The notes beneath the pieces were generated by a model. The model searched no databases and had not been told where the DNA came from. It worked only from the letters and a program-made list of their open reading frames with translations. 56,547 nt of DNA, taken from contig SYMJ01000129.1 in assembly GCA_005805505.1 (NCBI GenBank), positions 1-56,547 on the forward strand, written 5' to 3'. The translations under genes and the position numbers were made by a program. This DNA is from Verrucomicrobiales bacterium. GTDB taxonomy: Bacteria; Verrucomicrobiota; Verrucomicrobiia; Limisphaerales; UBA9464. This document shows, one piece after another, positions 19,908 through 29,655 of the stretch (the stretch's first letter is position 1; the number at the start of each line of letters is the position of its first letter).

Positions 19908-20572
19908 TTCATTTGCAGGTTCCTCGTGTTGCTATGACCCCTGAAGCCCTCCGACACCTCGTTGAATCGGATCTCGTAATGGGTCGCCTTATCCAAAAAA
20001 TCGGTGCCTGCACCTTGAATCCAGAGCCTCAGCGAACTCCGTTCGAGTCGCTGGTCCGGGCTGTGGCCCACCAGCAGCTGCATGGCAAGGCCGCTGAAAG
20101 TATTTTGGGACGGTTTTTGGCTCGATTCCCCGGCCGCCGATTTCCTCGGCCCAAAGACTTGGAGTCGATCACTGATGGAGACTTGCGATCCTTCGGCTTC
20201 TCGGGCTCTAAGGCGGCCGCCATCCGAGATATCGCCGCCAAGGCCATCGATGGCACCGTGCCCACTTCACGGAAGATTCGAGCTCTTTCTGACGAGGAGA
20301 TTGTCGATCGACTCAGCGCCTGTCGCGGGGTCGGGCGGTGGACCGTCGAGATGCTGCTCATCTTCAAGTTGGGGCGGCCGGACGTTTTGCCGGTCGACGA
20401 CTTCGGCGTTCGGGAGGGGTTCCGTGTCACCTACGGGCACGAGGCTCAACCTCGGCCGAAGGAGTTGTTGGCCTTGGGTGAACGCTGGCGTCCGTTTCGA
20501 ACGACCGCGGCCTGGTACTTATGGCGGGCTGCCGATGCCGCGAAGCTCGTAGCCAAGGTTTTAAAACATTAA
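19904..20572 (+). CDS. alkA: DNA-3-methyladenine glycosylase II (HhH-GPD/AlkA family, catalytic domain only)
   Basis: PFESLVRAVAHQQL, RGVGRWT HhH, PVDDFGV, WRPFRT..AWYLW. Confidence 0.88.
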   Translation: MIHLQVPRVAMTPEALRHLVESDLVMGRLIQKIGACTLNPEPQRTPFESLVRAVAHQQLHGKAAESILGRFLARFPGRRFPRPKDLESITDGDLRSFGFSGSKAAAIRDIAAKAIDGTVPTSRKIRALSDEEIVDRLSACRGVGRWTVEMLLIFKLGRPDVLPVDDFGVREGFRVTYGHEAQPRPKELLALGERWRPFRTTAAWYLWRAADAAKLVAKVLKH

Positions 20573-20612
20573 ATGGCTGGTTCGGAAGGGAATCCGCCTC
20601 CCGCCAGGGCTG

Positions 20613-21617
20613 TCAGGACTTTGGGACTTTGGGATAATTCTTCACGAGGGCCTGGGCAGTCTCGCGGAGGATGGTCACCAGCTCGGGCGGACTGAGCACG
20701 GTGGCTTGGGCCCCCCAACCCAAAATCCATCGGCTAATTTCCTCAAGGCTTCCCAGCCGGAGATGGATCTCCACCCCGCGGTCGGGAAGTTCAGTCAGCG
20801 TCTGCGAGGGATGCCACCGCTTCTCGCGAATGTAGTCGGCCACGGCCCGCGTGAAGCAGATGCGGACTTCGAAGTCTCCGGTGCGCGAGTACACGCCGAA
20901 GCTGTCGCTCAAATGCCGTTCTAACGCGAATTTGGCCGGGCGCTGGAAGGTCTTTCCGGTCGGTTCAGCTTCGGCAATCCTGGAAGGCACAAAGGTTCGG
21001 ATGGCCTTTCGAAGATGGTCGTGCGCGAAGAGGTACCAGTCTCCGTTCACATTGCCGATGTGGTAAGGATCTACGGTGCGCTCCTCGAGGGCCGCCCCGG
21101 GCTTGCGGTAGGTCAGGCGGAGGGTCTTGCCGGCTGCGGCGGCCTGGGCCAGCCGATCAATGATCCCGAGGTCTACGTTGGGCTCGGCGGTGGTTCGGAA
21201 GGAAATGGTTTGCGTCCATTCGGCTAGATTCAGAGAGACGGTGTCCGGCAGCGAACGCTCGAGTTTCTTGAAAGCGGTGAGGAGGCGTTTTTCGAAAGGG
21301 GTGCCGCGGTATTGCTGAAGCGCCTTCTCAGCGACCACCAACGCGAAGAGCTCTCCCTCCGTGATTTGTAGGGTCGGGAATGAATCCACCGGTTCGGTGT
21401 AGTAGAATCCATAACGCTGGGCACTGTATTCGATGGGCAAACCCATCCGGTCGCGCATGAAATCGATATCCCGCTGGATGGTCTTGGTGCTCACCTCAAA
21501 CTCGCGGCTGAGGAACGAAGCATTGGGATGCTTGCCCGATGCAATGGCGGTGTGGATGCGCATCATCCGCTCCAACGGCGGTCGGGACATGGGCATCTCG
21601 CGCACGCTCTTCTTCAT
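20613..21617 (-). CDS. WYL domain transcriptional regulator (wHTH-WYL-WCX)
   Basis: N-terminal HTH (FEVSTKTIQRDI), RTVDPYHI..WYLFA...RTFVPSRI, C-terminal WILGWG..VLSPPEL. Confidence 0.93.
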   Translation of the reverse strand: MKKSVREMPMSRPPLERMMRIHTAIASGKHPNASFLSREFEVSTKTIQRDIDFMRDRMGLPIEYSAQRYGFYYTEPVDSFPTLQITEGELFALVVAEKALQQYRGTPFEKRLLTAFKKLERSLPDTVSLNLAEWTQTISFRTTAEPNVDLGIIDRLAQAAAAGKTLRLTYRKPGAALEERTVDPYHIGNVNGDWYLFAHDHLRKAIRTFVPSRIAEAEPTGKTFQRPAKFALERHLSDSFGVYSRTGDFEVRICFTRAVADYIREKRWHPSQTLTELPDRGVEIHLRLGSLEEISRWILGWGAQATVLSPPELVTILRETAQALVKNYPKVPKS

Positions 21618-21743
21618 GGAGAAATACTGTTCTCAGACGGCAGGAATGCCAACTCCGGACCAGCCATGGTTCGATCGCGGAACGCGCAGTTCGTCGCGCT
21701 TTGCGCTTTTGTCTCGTGGCACCCCAGTCTTCCAATTCACCTC

Positions 21744-23582
21744 ATGAGGGATCCGGAGTCCAAAACGGTAATCGGTATCGAATGTGGCGGCACTCGCACC
21801 GTGGCCTTGGCGGCGGTGGTGGGAGGCAGAGCGTCGTTGGCCCGGATCGAATCCGGACCGGCTAATTTGCGGCTGACTTCGGACTTGGATTTACAGTCCC
21901 ACTTTGACTCCCTGAAATCCCGTCTGCCGGAACCGGTGGCCATCGGCATCGGCATGGCTGGAGTGAGGACCGAAGAAGATCGGCAACGGTTGCGCGCCTG
22001 CGTGGCGAGGGTCTGGCCGTCCGTGCCGGTCCGCGTCGACCACGACCTGGTGAGCGCGCTCGAGGCAGCCTCCTTGGATGCCACAAATTCGGTGGATGCA
22101 CGGGTGATCCTCTTGAGCGGCACGGGTTCGTGCTGCTTTGGACGGAATCGACGGGGAGTGACGGCCAAAGCCGGCGGATGGGGACACCAGTTGGGGGATC
22201 AGGGCAGCGGTTTTGCCATCGCTTACGCCGGATTGCGTGAGGCCATCCGTCAGCTCGAACAGACCGGCCGTATCGGTGCCCTCGGTCGCCGACTTCTCAA
22301 GGCTTCTGGCCTCAAAGACCCCGAAGCCTGGGTGGGCTGGATGCAGTCGGCTTCCAAGCGTGAGGTCGCCGCTTTGGCGCCGGAGGTGTTCGCGGCGGCG
22401 GCTCACGGCGACTCGAGAGCTCACCAGGTCATCGAGCGGTGCCTGGGCGAGTTGCTCGAGTTGGCCTTGGTCTGTGCCGCACGATTGGACCGGACGGGCA
22501 AGGCTCGGGTAGAATTTGTGTTGGCGGGCAGTGTCTTCTTGCGTCAACCGCGATGGCTCCCGCACATCGAGAGCGTTCTTCGGGCGGTGCGACCCCAGTC
22601 CGTGATCCGATCCTTGGAACGGGAATCGGCCTGGGGTGCGGTGGTCCTCGCGGAGCAGGCCTTGGCCTCAGGCGAACGCTCTCAGGTGCCCACAGTCCTA
22701 CCCCCGGGTGTGGCGGTCCCTCCACCCGTTCCGCGTCCTGAAGCGACTGGGGTTTCCCCGACGGAGCAGCGGAACCCGCGTTCCCGGCATCTTGACCGGA
22801 TGCCTGTGAGCAAGGCCATCGACTTAATGTTGTCTGAAGACTCACAGGTCCCCGAGATCATCGGCCGGCACCGGGTGGCCTTGGCACGATTGATCCGCCT
22901 TGCCGAGGTTGCCATCCGCAGCGGTGGGCGGCTGATTTATCTGGGCGCCGGCACCAGCGGCCGCCTCGGAGTCTTGGACGCCAGCGAATGTCCGCCCACC
23001 TTTCGGACTCCGCCCGAGTGGGTTCAGGGTATTATGGCTGGCGGCGAGAAGGCTCTGCACACTTCGGTGGAAGGCGCTGAAGACGACGCCGGGGCAGGGT
23101 ATGAAGCCCTTCGTCTCCGTCAGGTTTCCTCAAAGGATGTGGTGGTGGGCATCGCTGCTTCTGGAAGGACCCCTTATGTCTGGGGAGGATTGGCCGCCGC
23201 CCGTGAAGCCGGAGCTCGAACGGCGTTGCTCTGCTTTAATCCGAACCTAAAATTCACCCGAAGCCTCCGGCCGGATGTTGTCCTGGCCATCGACGTCGGC
23301 CCTGAGGTGCTCACTGGGTCGACCCGACTTAAGGCCGGCACCGCCACTAAGCTCGTCCTGAACATCCTCAGCACCCTCACCATGGTTCGCCTCGGCAAGG
23401 TCGAAGAAAACCTGATGATCGACCTCAACCCCTCCAACGTGAAACTGCGCGATCGGGCTCTCCGCATCGTCCAAGAATTGACCCGCGTCGCCCCCGAAGT
23501 CGCCCAGACCGCCCTGGAAGTCTCCGGTTGGCAGGTCCAGGCCGCCGTTCAGACTCTCCGCCAAACGCGTTCCCACCGTTGA
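21744..23582 (+). CDS. murQ: Fusion: BadF-type N-acetylglucosamine/MurNAc kinase plus N-acetylmuramic acid 6-phosphate etherase
   Basis: N-half GIECGGTRT, SGTGS, AGGWG..LGDQGSG; C-half TEQRNPRS, GAGTSGRLGVLDASECPPTF, EGAED, GPEVLTGSTRLKAGTATK. Confidence 0.9.
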   Translation: MRDPESKTVIGIECGGTRTVALAAVVGGRASLARIESGPANLRLTSDLDLQSHFDSLKSRLPEPVAIGIGMAGVRTEEDRQRLRACVARVWPSVPVRVDHDLVSALEAASLDATNSVDARVILLSGTGSCCFGRNRRGVTAKAGGWGHQLGDQGSGFAIAYAGLREAIRQLEQTGRIGALGRRLLKASGLKDPEAWVGWMQSASKREVAALAPEVFAAAAHGDSRAHQVIERCLGELLELALVCAARLDRTGKARVEFVLAGSVFLRQPRWLPHIESVLRAVRPQSVIRSLERESAWGAVVLAEQALASGERSQVPTVLPPGVAVPPPVPRPEATGVSPTEQRNPRSRHLDRMPVSKAIDLMLSEDSQVPEIIGRHRVALARLIRLAEVAIRSGGRLIYLGAGTSGRLGVLDASECPPTFRTPPEWVQGIMAGGEKALHTSVEGAEDDAGAGYEALRLRQVSSKDVVVGIAASGRTPYVWGGLAAAREAGARTALLCFNPNLKFTRSLRPDVVLAIDVGPEVLTGSTRLKAGTATKLVLNILSTLTMVRLGKVEENLMIDLNPSNVKLRDRALRIVQELTRVAPEVAQTALEVSGWQVQAAVQTLRQTRSHR

Positions 23583-23741
23583 CCCCTCAGAAGTCTGTCC
23601 CCTCGTGGGTCAATCATCGTCCGTTCAGCGGGTCCCAATTCCGGGGAAGTAACTAAAAAATCACCCAGCGCTCAGATCGCATTTGCCAATCGATCGCCAG
23701 GGTGTTGTTTCTATGGGTCTACTTTTTTTGGGGGCAACGCA

Positions 23742-24518
23742 ATGAATTCCACGGTCATAAATGGTTTGGCGATCGGGCTGCTGGTCAGCTTCGGTATGGT
23801 GATCGGCATCGCCATCGTCTTTGCCACGTTGTACCGGCGTCACCTTCGGGCACTGCGGCTGACTCAGCGCTGGATGGATCCACTCACGCCCCTCGTCGGT
23901 TCCAGCAGATCTGTGCTGACCCTGCCGCTGCCCAACCGCTGGTTGGCTATCCGCAGCTCCAACACCGCGTTTCTTCGCGAGATGCTGCACATCGAGCCTG
24001 GCGAGGGTTCCCCATGGTCCGAGGCTCTGGTGCGGTTTCGCGAACGGGTGATATTCATTTCGCCGCCCTGGCGCGGTTGGTCACTGGTGGTCGGTGCGGC
24101 CATCCCGGACCCCGCCGCGGATATCGATCAACTCTACCGGTTTCTCTCTCGCCTGAGCCGAGAGGTCGGCGAAGTTCAGTTTTTCTCCGCGGACCGCGTT
24201 CTCAATCACCATGCTTGGGCTTGGCTCCGGGAGGGCAACGTGGTTCGAGCTTATGCCTGGGCCGGTGAGACCTTGTGGAATCAGGGGAATTGGACCTTTG
24301 ACGAACGACTCTTGGGCCTCACCTGCCACGATTATGGAGAAGTCGTCGAAGGCCCCGGTATTTGCGGAGGTCCCTCCGAACAGCAGAATGCCGAGAGAGT
24401 GGCGTTGCTGGCGCGTCGTTGGAGCCTAGATCCGGCCGAGGCCAGCGCTTACTTTCTTGCTCTGGAGGCCTCCTCCCGCGTTCGCCGCGAGGGTCCCGAC
24501 GCCGCCGATGGAGCGTAA
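23742..24518 (+). CDS. Hypothetical protein with N-terminal membrane anchor
   Basis: 258-aa ORF filling the intergenic gap, with an N-terminal hydrophobic helix and Trp-rich globular domain. Confidence 0.75.
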   Translation: MNSTVINGLAIGLLVSFGMVIGIAIVFATLYRRHLRALRLTQRWMDPLTPLVGSSRSVLTLPLPNRWLAIRSSNTAFLREMLHIEPGEGSPWSEALVRFRERVIFISPPWRGWSLVVGAAIPDPAADIDQLYRFLSRLSREVGEVQFFSADRVLNHHAWAWLREGNVVRAYAWAGETLWNQGNWTFDERLLGLTCHDYGEVVEGPGICGGPSEQQNAERVALLARRWSLDPAEASAYFLALEASSRVRREGPDAADGA

Positions 24519-24632
24519 CTCTGATCTCAGGATGAGGGCCCGCCGGACCCGATCCGTTCTCGGGACTTGAAGGCGAGTCATTCCCGGTTGAGACTCGGTC
24601 TGGCGGTTTACCCAAACCCGCCTCCTTAGCCC

Positions 24633-27600
24633 ATGAACTGTTCCATTGGACTGAATCCATCCAACCCCACCGAACTCCATCGGCACATCAACCTGAAACT
24701 GGCCGAGTTAGGCATGACAGGCGTTCCGTTGTTCGGTGAAACTCAGGCGGTGGACTCACAGCTCGAGAGCTTCATCGCCCAGGGCCGCGAGAAGGACCGA
24801 CTGCTTTGCCGTCATGCCAGTCCGGTGGACCGCAGGATTAACAACTTCATCCACGACTATTTGTCCGACACGGCCGTCCCCCGGGAATTGCCTCGGAACA
24901 CCTTCGTCTTGGATCAGTATGGCCTGGCCCGGGTCTTGTCCCTGCCACCCGACAAAGACGAAGTCGCCTCGCCGATGCTGCGCAGCTATCGGTTGCGCAA
25001 CGGGATTCTTCACAATCCGAAGTCGGACCGGCGCACTACCTCCGGCATCTTCCATGTCACCGAGGGAGGGTTGCCCATTCCCGATGACAAGAAGGGTGTC
25101 CCCAAAACGGTTTTTGCCGACCTTCTGGCCCGCGCGCTTCATCCTCCTGAGGAACTTCTGCAACTGCCGTTCACGGCGTCGGGGCCCACGCCGGCCCCGT
25201 GCATGGTCTCTCTGCTCATTCGCCCGGTCATCTGCCCGGAGGTTCCGGGCGTGATGCCTCGCAAGAGCATGGAAATTCGTTTCTTCGTCCCCGGATCGCT
25301 GGTGGCCAATCTCGATTTTGTCGAGAGCATCTTCGGCAATGCCGGCGACCCGTTGCTCCCAGAAAATGACGCCTCCCTCGATGCCGAGCATTGGAGCGGA
25401 CACACCGGATGCGTGATCTTGGCTCCGCACCTGAATGGACTCACAAAGAAGGAAGTGGGACTTCCGCATCGGGACGAGGCCAGCGAGCGTCAGCGTCGAG
25501 ACGGCATGTGTTGGAGCGACGCGCGGGAGCTCTATAACGACGGGAACGCCTTCAAACTGACCGCGCGGGATGCCTCCGGGGTGATAGTGACACTCATCTC
25601 GGACAACTACTTCGGTTACTGCAAAAAGGAGGTCAAAACCCAAATCAGTTTTGCGGCCAACCTCTTCGGACTGGTCGAGGAGGAGCACGCCGGCGGAGCG
25701 TTGGTCTTCGCTAATCACGATCTGGGCAGCGAATACGACGCCCAACAGCACCGCGCTGATTTCCCGTACAGTTTTTCGGAAGTCACTCGGTTAATTCCGG
25801 ATGCACTAAATCTTCAGCCCGAAGGTCATGCCGTGGACCGGCAATTTCCAACGGTGGTCTACGTCCCTGAGAATGCCCGCTTCGAAATCGAGTCCCTGAC
25901 GGTTCGCTGGGATGAGGCCGGCAAAACTCAGTCGATCCGACTCCGGCGGGACCATCACTACCTGATGCCCAGCGGATTTCGGGTCCACCTGGAGCCTCCG
26001 GCCATGGCAGCGCGGGCTTGGCGTCTGGTCGGAACACGCCCGGAGGGCACCCTGTGTCACAAGCCCTGCACGGTCTCTGGCGGCGGCAAGAGCGAGATCT
26101 CCAAGCCCATCACCGACGCCATCCTCTTCGGCTCGGTCTTCGTCGCAGACCTGGCACAAGATTTCGATCGAGTGGCTATTGTCGTGGCTCGCGACTTTTC
26201 CCAACGGTTTCGCGATCCCGCCCGCAATGGCGTGGACCAGCGGCCCATTCTCAATCCGAGTCGAACTCTCGGTTCTGTCATCAAGCTCCTGACACCGAGC
26301 GAAGATTTTTCCCACGAACACAATGCCTGGATCAGTTCCGTGCCGCCGCACATCCGGGAATTGGTGCTCGTTGTGAAACGCTTTTGGCAACCCTCTTGGG
26401 GAGAGGACTGGCGCTCGCAGTTCAGCGTCGATGTCATCAACGGCACCCCTGCCAATGAGCTGCGGCTGGGGCGCAAGCGATTGGTGACCCAATTCCTTCG
26501 GGTGGGTTATGACGACGATGGAGCCTGGCGGACTTTCGGTCTTCGGAAAGATTACCTTCCGGCCTTCAAGCTTCAGATGGAGGACGACATTACGGCCAGT
26601 GTGACCGTGCCGCGCAGCCAACTGCCAGGCCTGGACCCGCAGAGCGTTTATCCGTCGCTCAAATTCGTTCAGAACAGTGAGTTTCGACTTTTCCAGCGGC
26701 CGGACGACGCCATTCATCGCGGGTATGACAAGGCCGCTGAAGCAGACTTTGCTGGCGGCGGATGCTTCTTCAGCAACTACGAACCCATCTCACGCAAGCA
26801 GGCCAGAGAGTTGGTCGATGATGCCATCGGACTGAACCAATACACTGCGCCCATGCGGGCGCTGATCGAAGCGGCCGCGGCCTCAGAGCCGGGCGATGGT
26901 TCTCCCGAATGGATCGTTGTTACGTCTCATCCTCGAATAGTGGATGGCAAACCCTCGAAGAACCCTCGGTATCTTCAGACGCGTCCCGATCTCCTCGATA
27001 ACCTGGGGCGTCATCTGACGACCATGTCGGCCCGACTGGCGCGGCGCTTGGCGACCGATCGTCCGGTGTATACGCCGGTGCATGCCGTCTTGGCTGGTCG
27101 TCGGAATAACCCGGCGGAACCTGGAGTGCGTCCGCTGGCGTGCTATGGGCCCATCCACCATATGGAGTTGCCGGAGGCGTTCATGGAGTTCATCTCCAGC
27201 ATGACCGGCAAGTCCCCGTCGACGACCGGGGTCGGCAGCGAGGGAGCCTTGACCAAGGGACCTTTCAACGCCCTGCCGCCCATTTACGATCTCAATGCGG
27301 CCTTCGTGAGTTTGGCCGTCTCCGAGAATCCGGTTTTCTTGACGAGTGCCGGATATCTCGGGCCTAAAACCCGCGTGGATCATGATGTCAGCCTGCTCGT
27401 GCCGGAGGTCTGGTGTCGGATGGGCGTCACGGAGCGGGATCCGGCTTTCCTCATCGCCAATGGCTATCTGGAGCGCGTGTCGGACTTCACCCACGAGGGG
27501 CGGACCGTCCCGGCCAGTCGCCTGGGGTGGCGAGTCACACTGAAGTTCGTGAACGACTTCCTGGGGCGTGTCTTTAACCATCCTCACGCCGTCTTGGTAG

Positions 27601-28073
27601 AGAGCATGTTGCGACCTGAGATGCAGGATGCGGGGCAATATGCCGATTCGGTGGACAACATCGCGGCGACTCATCGACGAGTGGCGCAGCATTACTTCGA
27701 CGACGGTTCCATTCACCAGGCCGTGCCACCACTCCAGGCTCTTCTTCACATTATGCGTGATGGAGCCAGCGAAGGACTTCGCCTCGAGGACCCGGCCTTC
27801 CGAGCGATGTTCAATCGGGAGAGTGTCCTCGTGAGTCCTTGGTACCGCGCCCGGTTGGAGATGCGGCGCGAGTTGGAAGTGCGTCACTGGAACACCATTG
27901 TCACCTCTATCGATCGGTTGATCGGTCGGACGGAGTATGAGCAGGAAGCGGAGCGATTGGGCCTGCACGAACGTCGGTCCTACGCCCGTGTGATGCTGGA
28001 GCGCAGTCGCTTCGAACAGCGCGTCGGAGAACTGACCGGGACAATCGGAGCCGAACCGGCGGTTTATCGGTAA
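24633..28073 (+). CDS. PPi-dependent phosphoenolpyruvate carboxykinase (PEP carboxytransphosphorylase)
   Basis: 1146 aa; HNPKSDRRTT, NYFGYCKKEVKTQIS, EEEHAGG, P-loop HKPCTVSGGGKSEISK, EDDIT, RLFQRPDDAIHRG, as recalled for PPi-type PEPCKs. Confidence 0.85.
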   Translation: MNCSIGLNPSNPTELHRHINLKLAELGMTGVPLFGETQAVDSQLESFIAQGREKDRLLCRHASPVDRRINNFIHDYLSDTAVPRELPRNTFVLDQYGLARVLSLPPDKDEVASPMLRSYRLRNGILHNPKSDRRTTSGIFHVTEGGLPIPDDKKGVPKTVFADLLARALHPPEELLQLPFTASGPTPAPCMVSLLIRPVICPEVPGVMPRKSMEIRFFVPGSLVANLDFVESIFGNAGDPLLPENDASLDAEHWSGHTGCVILAPHLNGLTKKEVGLPHRDEASERQRRDGMCWSDARELYNDGNAFKLTARDASGVIVTLISDNYFGYCKKEVKTQISFAANLFGLVEEEHAGGALVFANHDLGSEYDAQQHRADFPYSFSEVTRLIPDALNLQPEGHAVDRQFPTVVYVPENARFEIESLTVRWDEAGKTQSIRLRRDHHYLMPSGFRVHLEPPAMAARAWRLVGTRPEGTLCHKPCTVSGGGKSEISKPITDAILFGSVFVADLAQDFDRVAIVVARDFSQRFRDPARNGVDQRPILNPSRTLGSVIKLLTPSEDFSHEHNAWISSVPPHIRELVLVVKRFWQPSWGEDWRSQFSVDVINGTPANELRLGRKRLVTQFLRVGYDDDGAWRTFGLRKDYLPAFKLQMEDDITASVTVPRSQLPGLDPQSVYPSLKFVQNSEFRLFQRPDDAIHRGYDKAAEADFAGGGCFFSNYEPISRKQARELVDDAIGLNQYTAPMRALIEAAAASEPGDGSPEWIVVTSHPRIVDGKPSKNPRYLQTRPDLLDNLGRHLTTMSARLARRLATDRPVYTPVHAVLAGRRNNPAEPGVRPLACYGPIHHMELPEAFMEFISSMTGKSPSTTGVGSEGALTKGPFNALPPIYDLNAAFVSLAVSENPVFLTSAGYLGPKTRVDHDVSLLVPEVWCRMGVTERDPAFLIANGYLERVSDFTHEGRTVPASRLGWRVTLKFVNDFLGRVFNHPHAVLVESMLRPEMQDAGQYADSVDNIAATHRRVAQHYFDDGSIHQAVPPLQALLHIMRDGASEGLRLEDPAFRAMFNRESVLVSPWYRARLEMRRELEVRHWNTIVTSIDRLIGRTEYEQEAERLGLHERRSYARVMLERSRFEQRVGELTGTIGAEPAVYR

Positions 28074-28106
28074 CACCGACCCTTGCGGGAAGTTCGTCTC
28101 GGGTTT

Positions 28107-28138
28107 AGGCGGTGGCGTTGGGTCTCACGCCACTGCCT
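28107..28138. terminator. Stem-loop between convergent genes (possible bidirectional terminator)
   Basis: AGGCGGTGGCGT-TGGGTCTC-ACGCCACTGCCT, 12-bp stem. Confidence 0.55.
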
Positions 28139-28189
28139 CAATCAGCCGTTCTGGGCCACCAACTCTAGGGTGTTTCTGGGCGCTCAATG

Positions 28190-29635
28190 CTAGGCCAAGA
28201 TATTCCGCACCACTTGCCCGTGGACATCGGTGAGGCGGAAATCGCGACCGGCATTGTGGAAGGTCAGCTTCTCATGGTCGAAGCCGAGGCAGTGCAGGAT
28301 TGTGGCTTGGAGGTCATGCACATGGACCGGGTTTTCAACCACGTGGAATCCCAAGTCGTCGGTGGCCCCATGGCTCATGCCGGCCCGGATCCCTCCACCG
28401 GCCATCCAGACACTGTAGGCTTGAGGGTGATGATCCCGCCCCTGGCTCCGGCCCAGAGCCGGGTTGGATTCGACCATCGGAGTGCGACCAAACTCACCAC
28501 CCCAGATCACCAGTGTGTCGTCCAACAATCCCCGCTGCTTCAGATCGAGCACCAACGCAGCGCTGGCCTGGTCGGTGATCGCTGCATTGCTGCGGACATT
28601 GCCGACCACGTCGGAGTGGGCGTCCCAGCCTTCGTGGTACAAGTTCACGAAGCGGACTCCGCGCTCGATCATCCGCCGGGCCAGCAGACACGCTCGGGCG
28701 AAGGAGGGCTTGGCTGGGTCGCACCCGTACATCTTCAAGGTCTCCGGGGATTCCCCGCGCAAGTCCATAAGTTCTGGGGCTGAAGTCTGGAGCCGGAACG
28801 CCATTTCGTAGGAGGCGATTCGGGTGGCGATTTCCGGATCTCCCACGGTGCCCAATCGCTTTTGGTTTAAATCGGCGACGAGGTCGAGCGTGTCACGCTG
28901 GAGACGGGTATCGATGCCGGCTGGGTTGTCGACGTTCAGGATGGGCGGGCCTTGGTTGCGCAGGCGCACTCCGGTGTGGACCGTCGGAAGGAACCCGCTG
29001 GACCAGAGAGCCGCCCCTCCGCTCAGGCCACCCCCTGTGCTCATGACGACGAAGGCAGGCAAATTCTGGGACTCGGATCCGAGACCGTAGATCACCCAGG
29101 AACCCAGGCTCGGGCGGCCGGGTTGGGAGAATCCGGTGTTGAAGAAAATCTGCGCTGGAGCGTGGTTGAATTGGTCGGTGCGTACGGAACGAATCAGGCA
29201 GATGTCATCGACGATCTTCCCCAGATGCGGGAGGACCTCCGAGATTTCCGTTCCGGATTGGCCATGACGAGCGAATTTGAAGCGGGGACCGAGCACGGCG
29301 GCATCGGGCCGGATGAAGGCGTAGCGCTGACCGCCGATGACCGAGGGCGGTAGCGGGCGCCCCTCCAGCTTCGCTAACTCCGGCTTGAAATCGAAGAGTT
29401 CCAGCTGACTAGGAGCCCCACCCATGAAGAGGTGGATCACCCGCTTGGCCCGGCCGGGGAAATGCGGGGATTTGGCCGTCGCGGCCGGGGTGCCTGCCAG
29501 AGGCGAGGCCGAGAGAGAGTTGCCCCAGCGATCGGTGAGCAATCCAGCCAAGGCGATCTTGCCCAAGCCCACGCCGCAGTTTTTGAAGAAATGCCGTCGG
29601 CTGACGTGATGCGGGTGAAGGTTCAAAGGATTCAT
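28190..29635 (-). CDS. DUF1501 family protein (Tat-exported)
   Basis: SRRHFF Tat motif, AKRVIHLFMGGAPSQLELFDFKP, RPSLGSW, GWDAH, WGGEFGRTP, GRDHHP. Confidence 0.92.
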   Translation of the reverse strand: MNPLNLHPHHVSRRHFFKNCGVGLGKIALAGLLTDRWGNSLSASPLAGTPAATAKSPHFPGRAKRVIHLFMGGAPSQLELFDFKPELAKLEGRPLPPSVIGGQRYAFIRPDAAVLGPRFKFARHGQSGTEISEVLPHLGKIVDDICLIRSVRTDQFNHAPAQIFFNTGFSQPGRPSLGSWVIYGLGSESQNLPAFVVMSTGGGLSGGAALWSSGFLPTVHTGVRLRNQGPPILNVDNPAGIDTRLQRDTLDLVADLNQKRLGTVGDPEIATRIASYEMAFRLQTSAPELMDLRGESPETLKMYGCDPAKPSFARACLLARRMIERGVRFVNLYHEGWDAHSDVVGNVRSNAAITDQASAALVLDLKQRGLLDDTLVIWGGEFGRTPMVESNPALGRSQGRDHHPQAYSVWMAGGGIRAGMSHGATDDLGFHVVENPVHVHDLQATILHCLGFDHEKLTFHNAGRDFRLTDVHGQVVRNILA

Positions 29636-29655
29636 GGGAGGGTGGGGATGAGTTT

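Noticed and set aside
20613-21617. WYL gene as marker of a defence island
   Set aside because: Neighbours are repair and metabolic genes; no CRISPR, RM, CBASS or BREX components in the window
21528-21743. N-terminal extension of the kinase-MurQ fusion
   Set aside because: Overlaps the divergent WYL gene; the kinase motif starts right after ATG 21744
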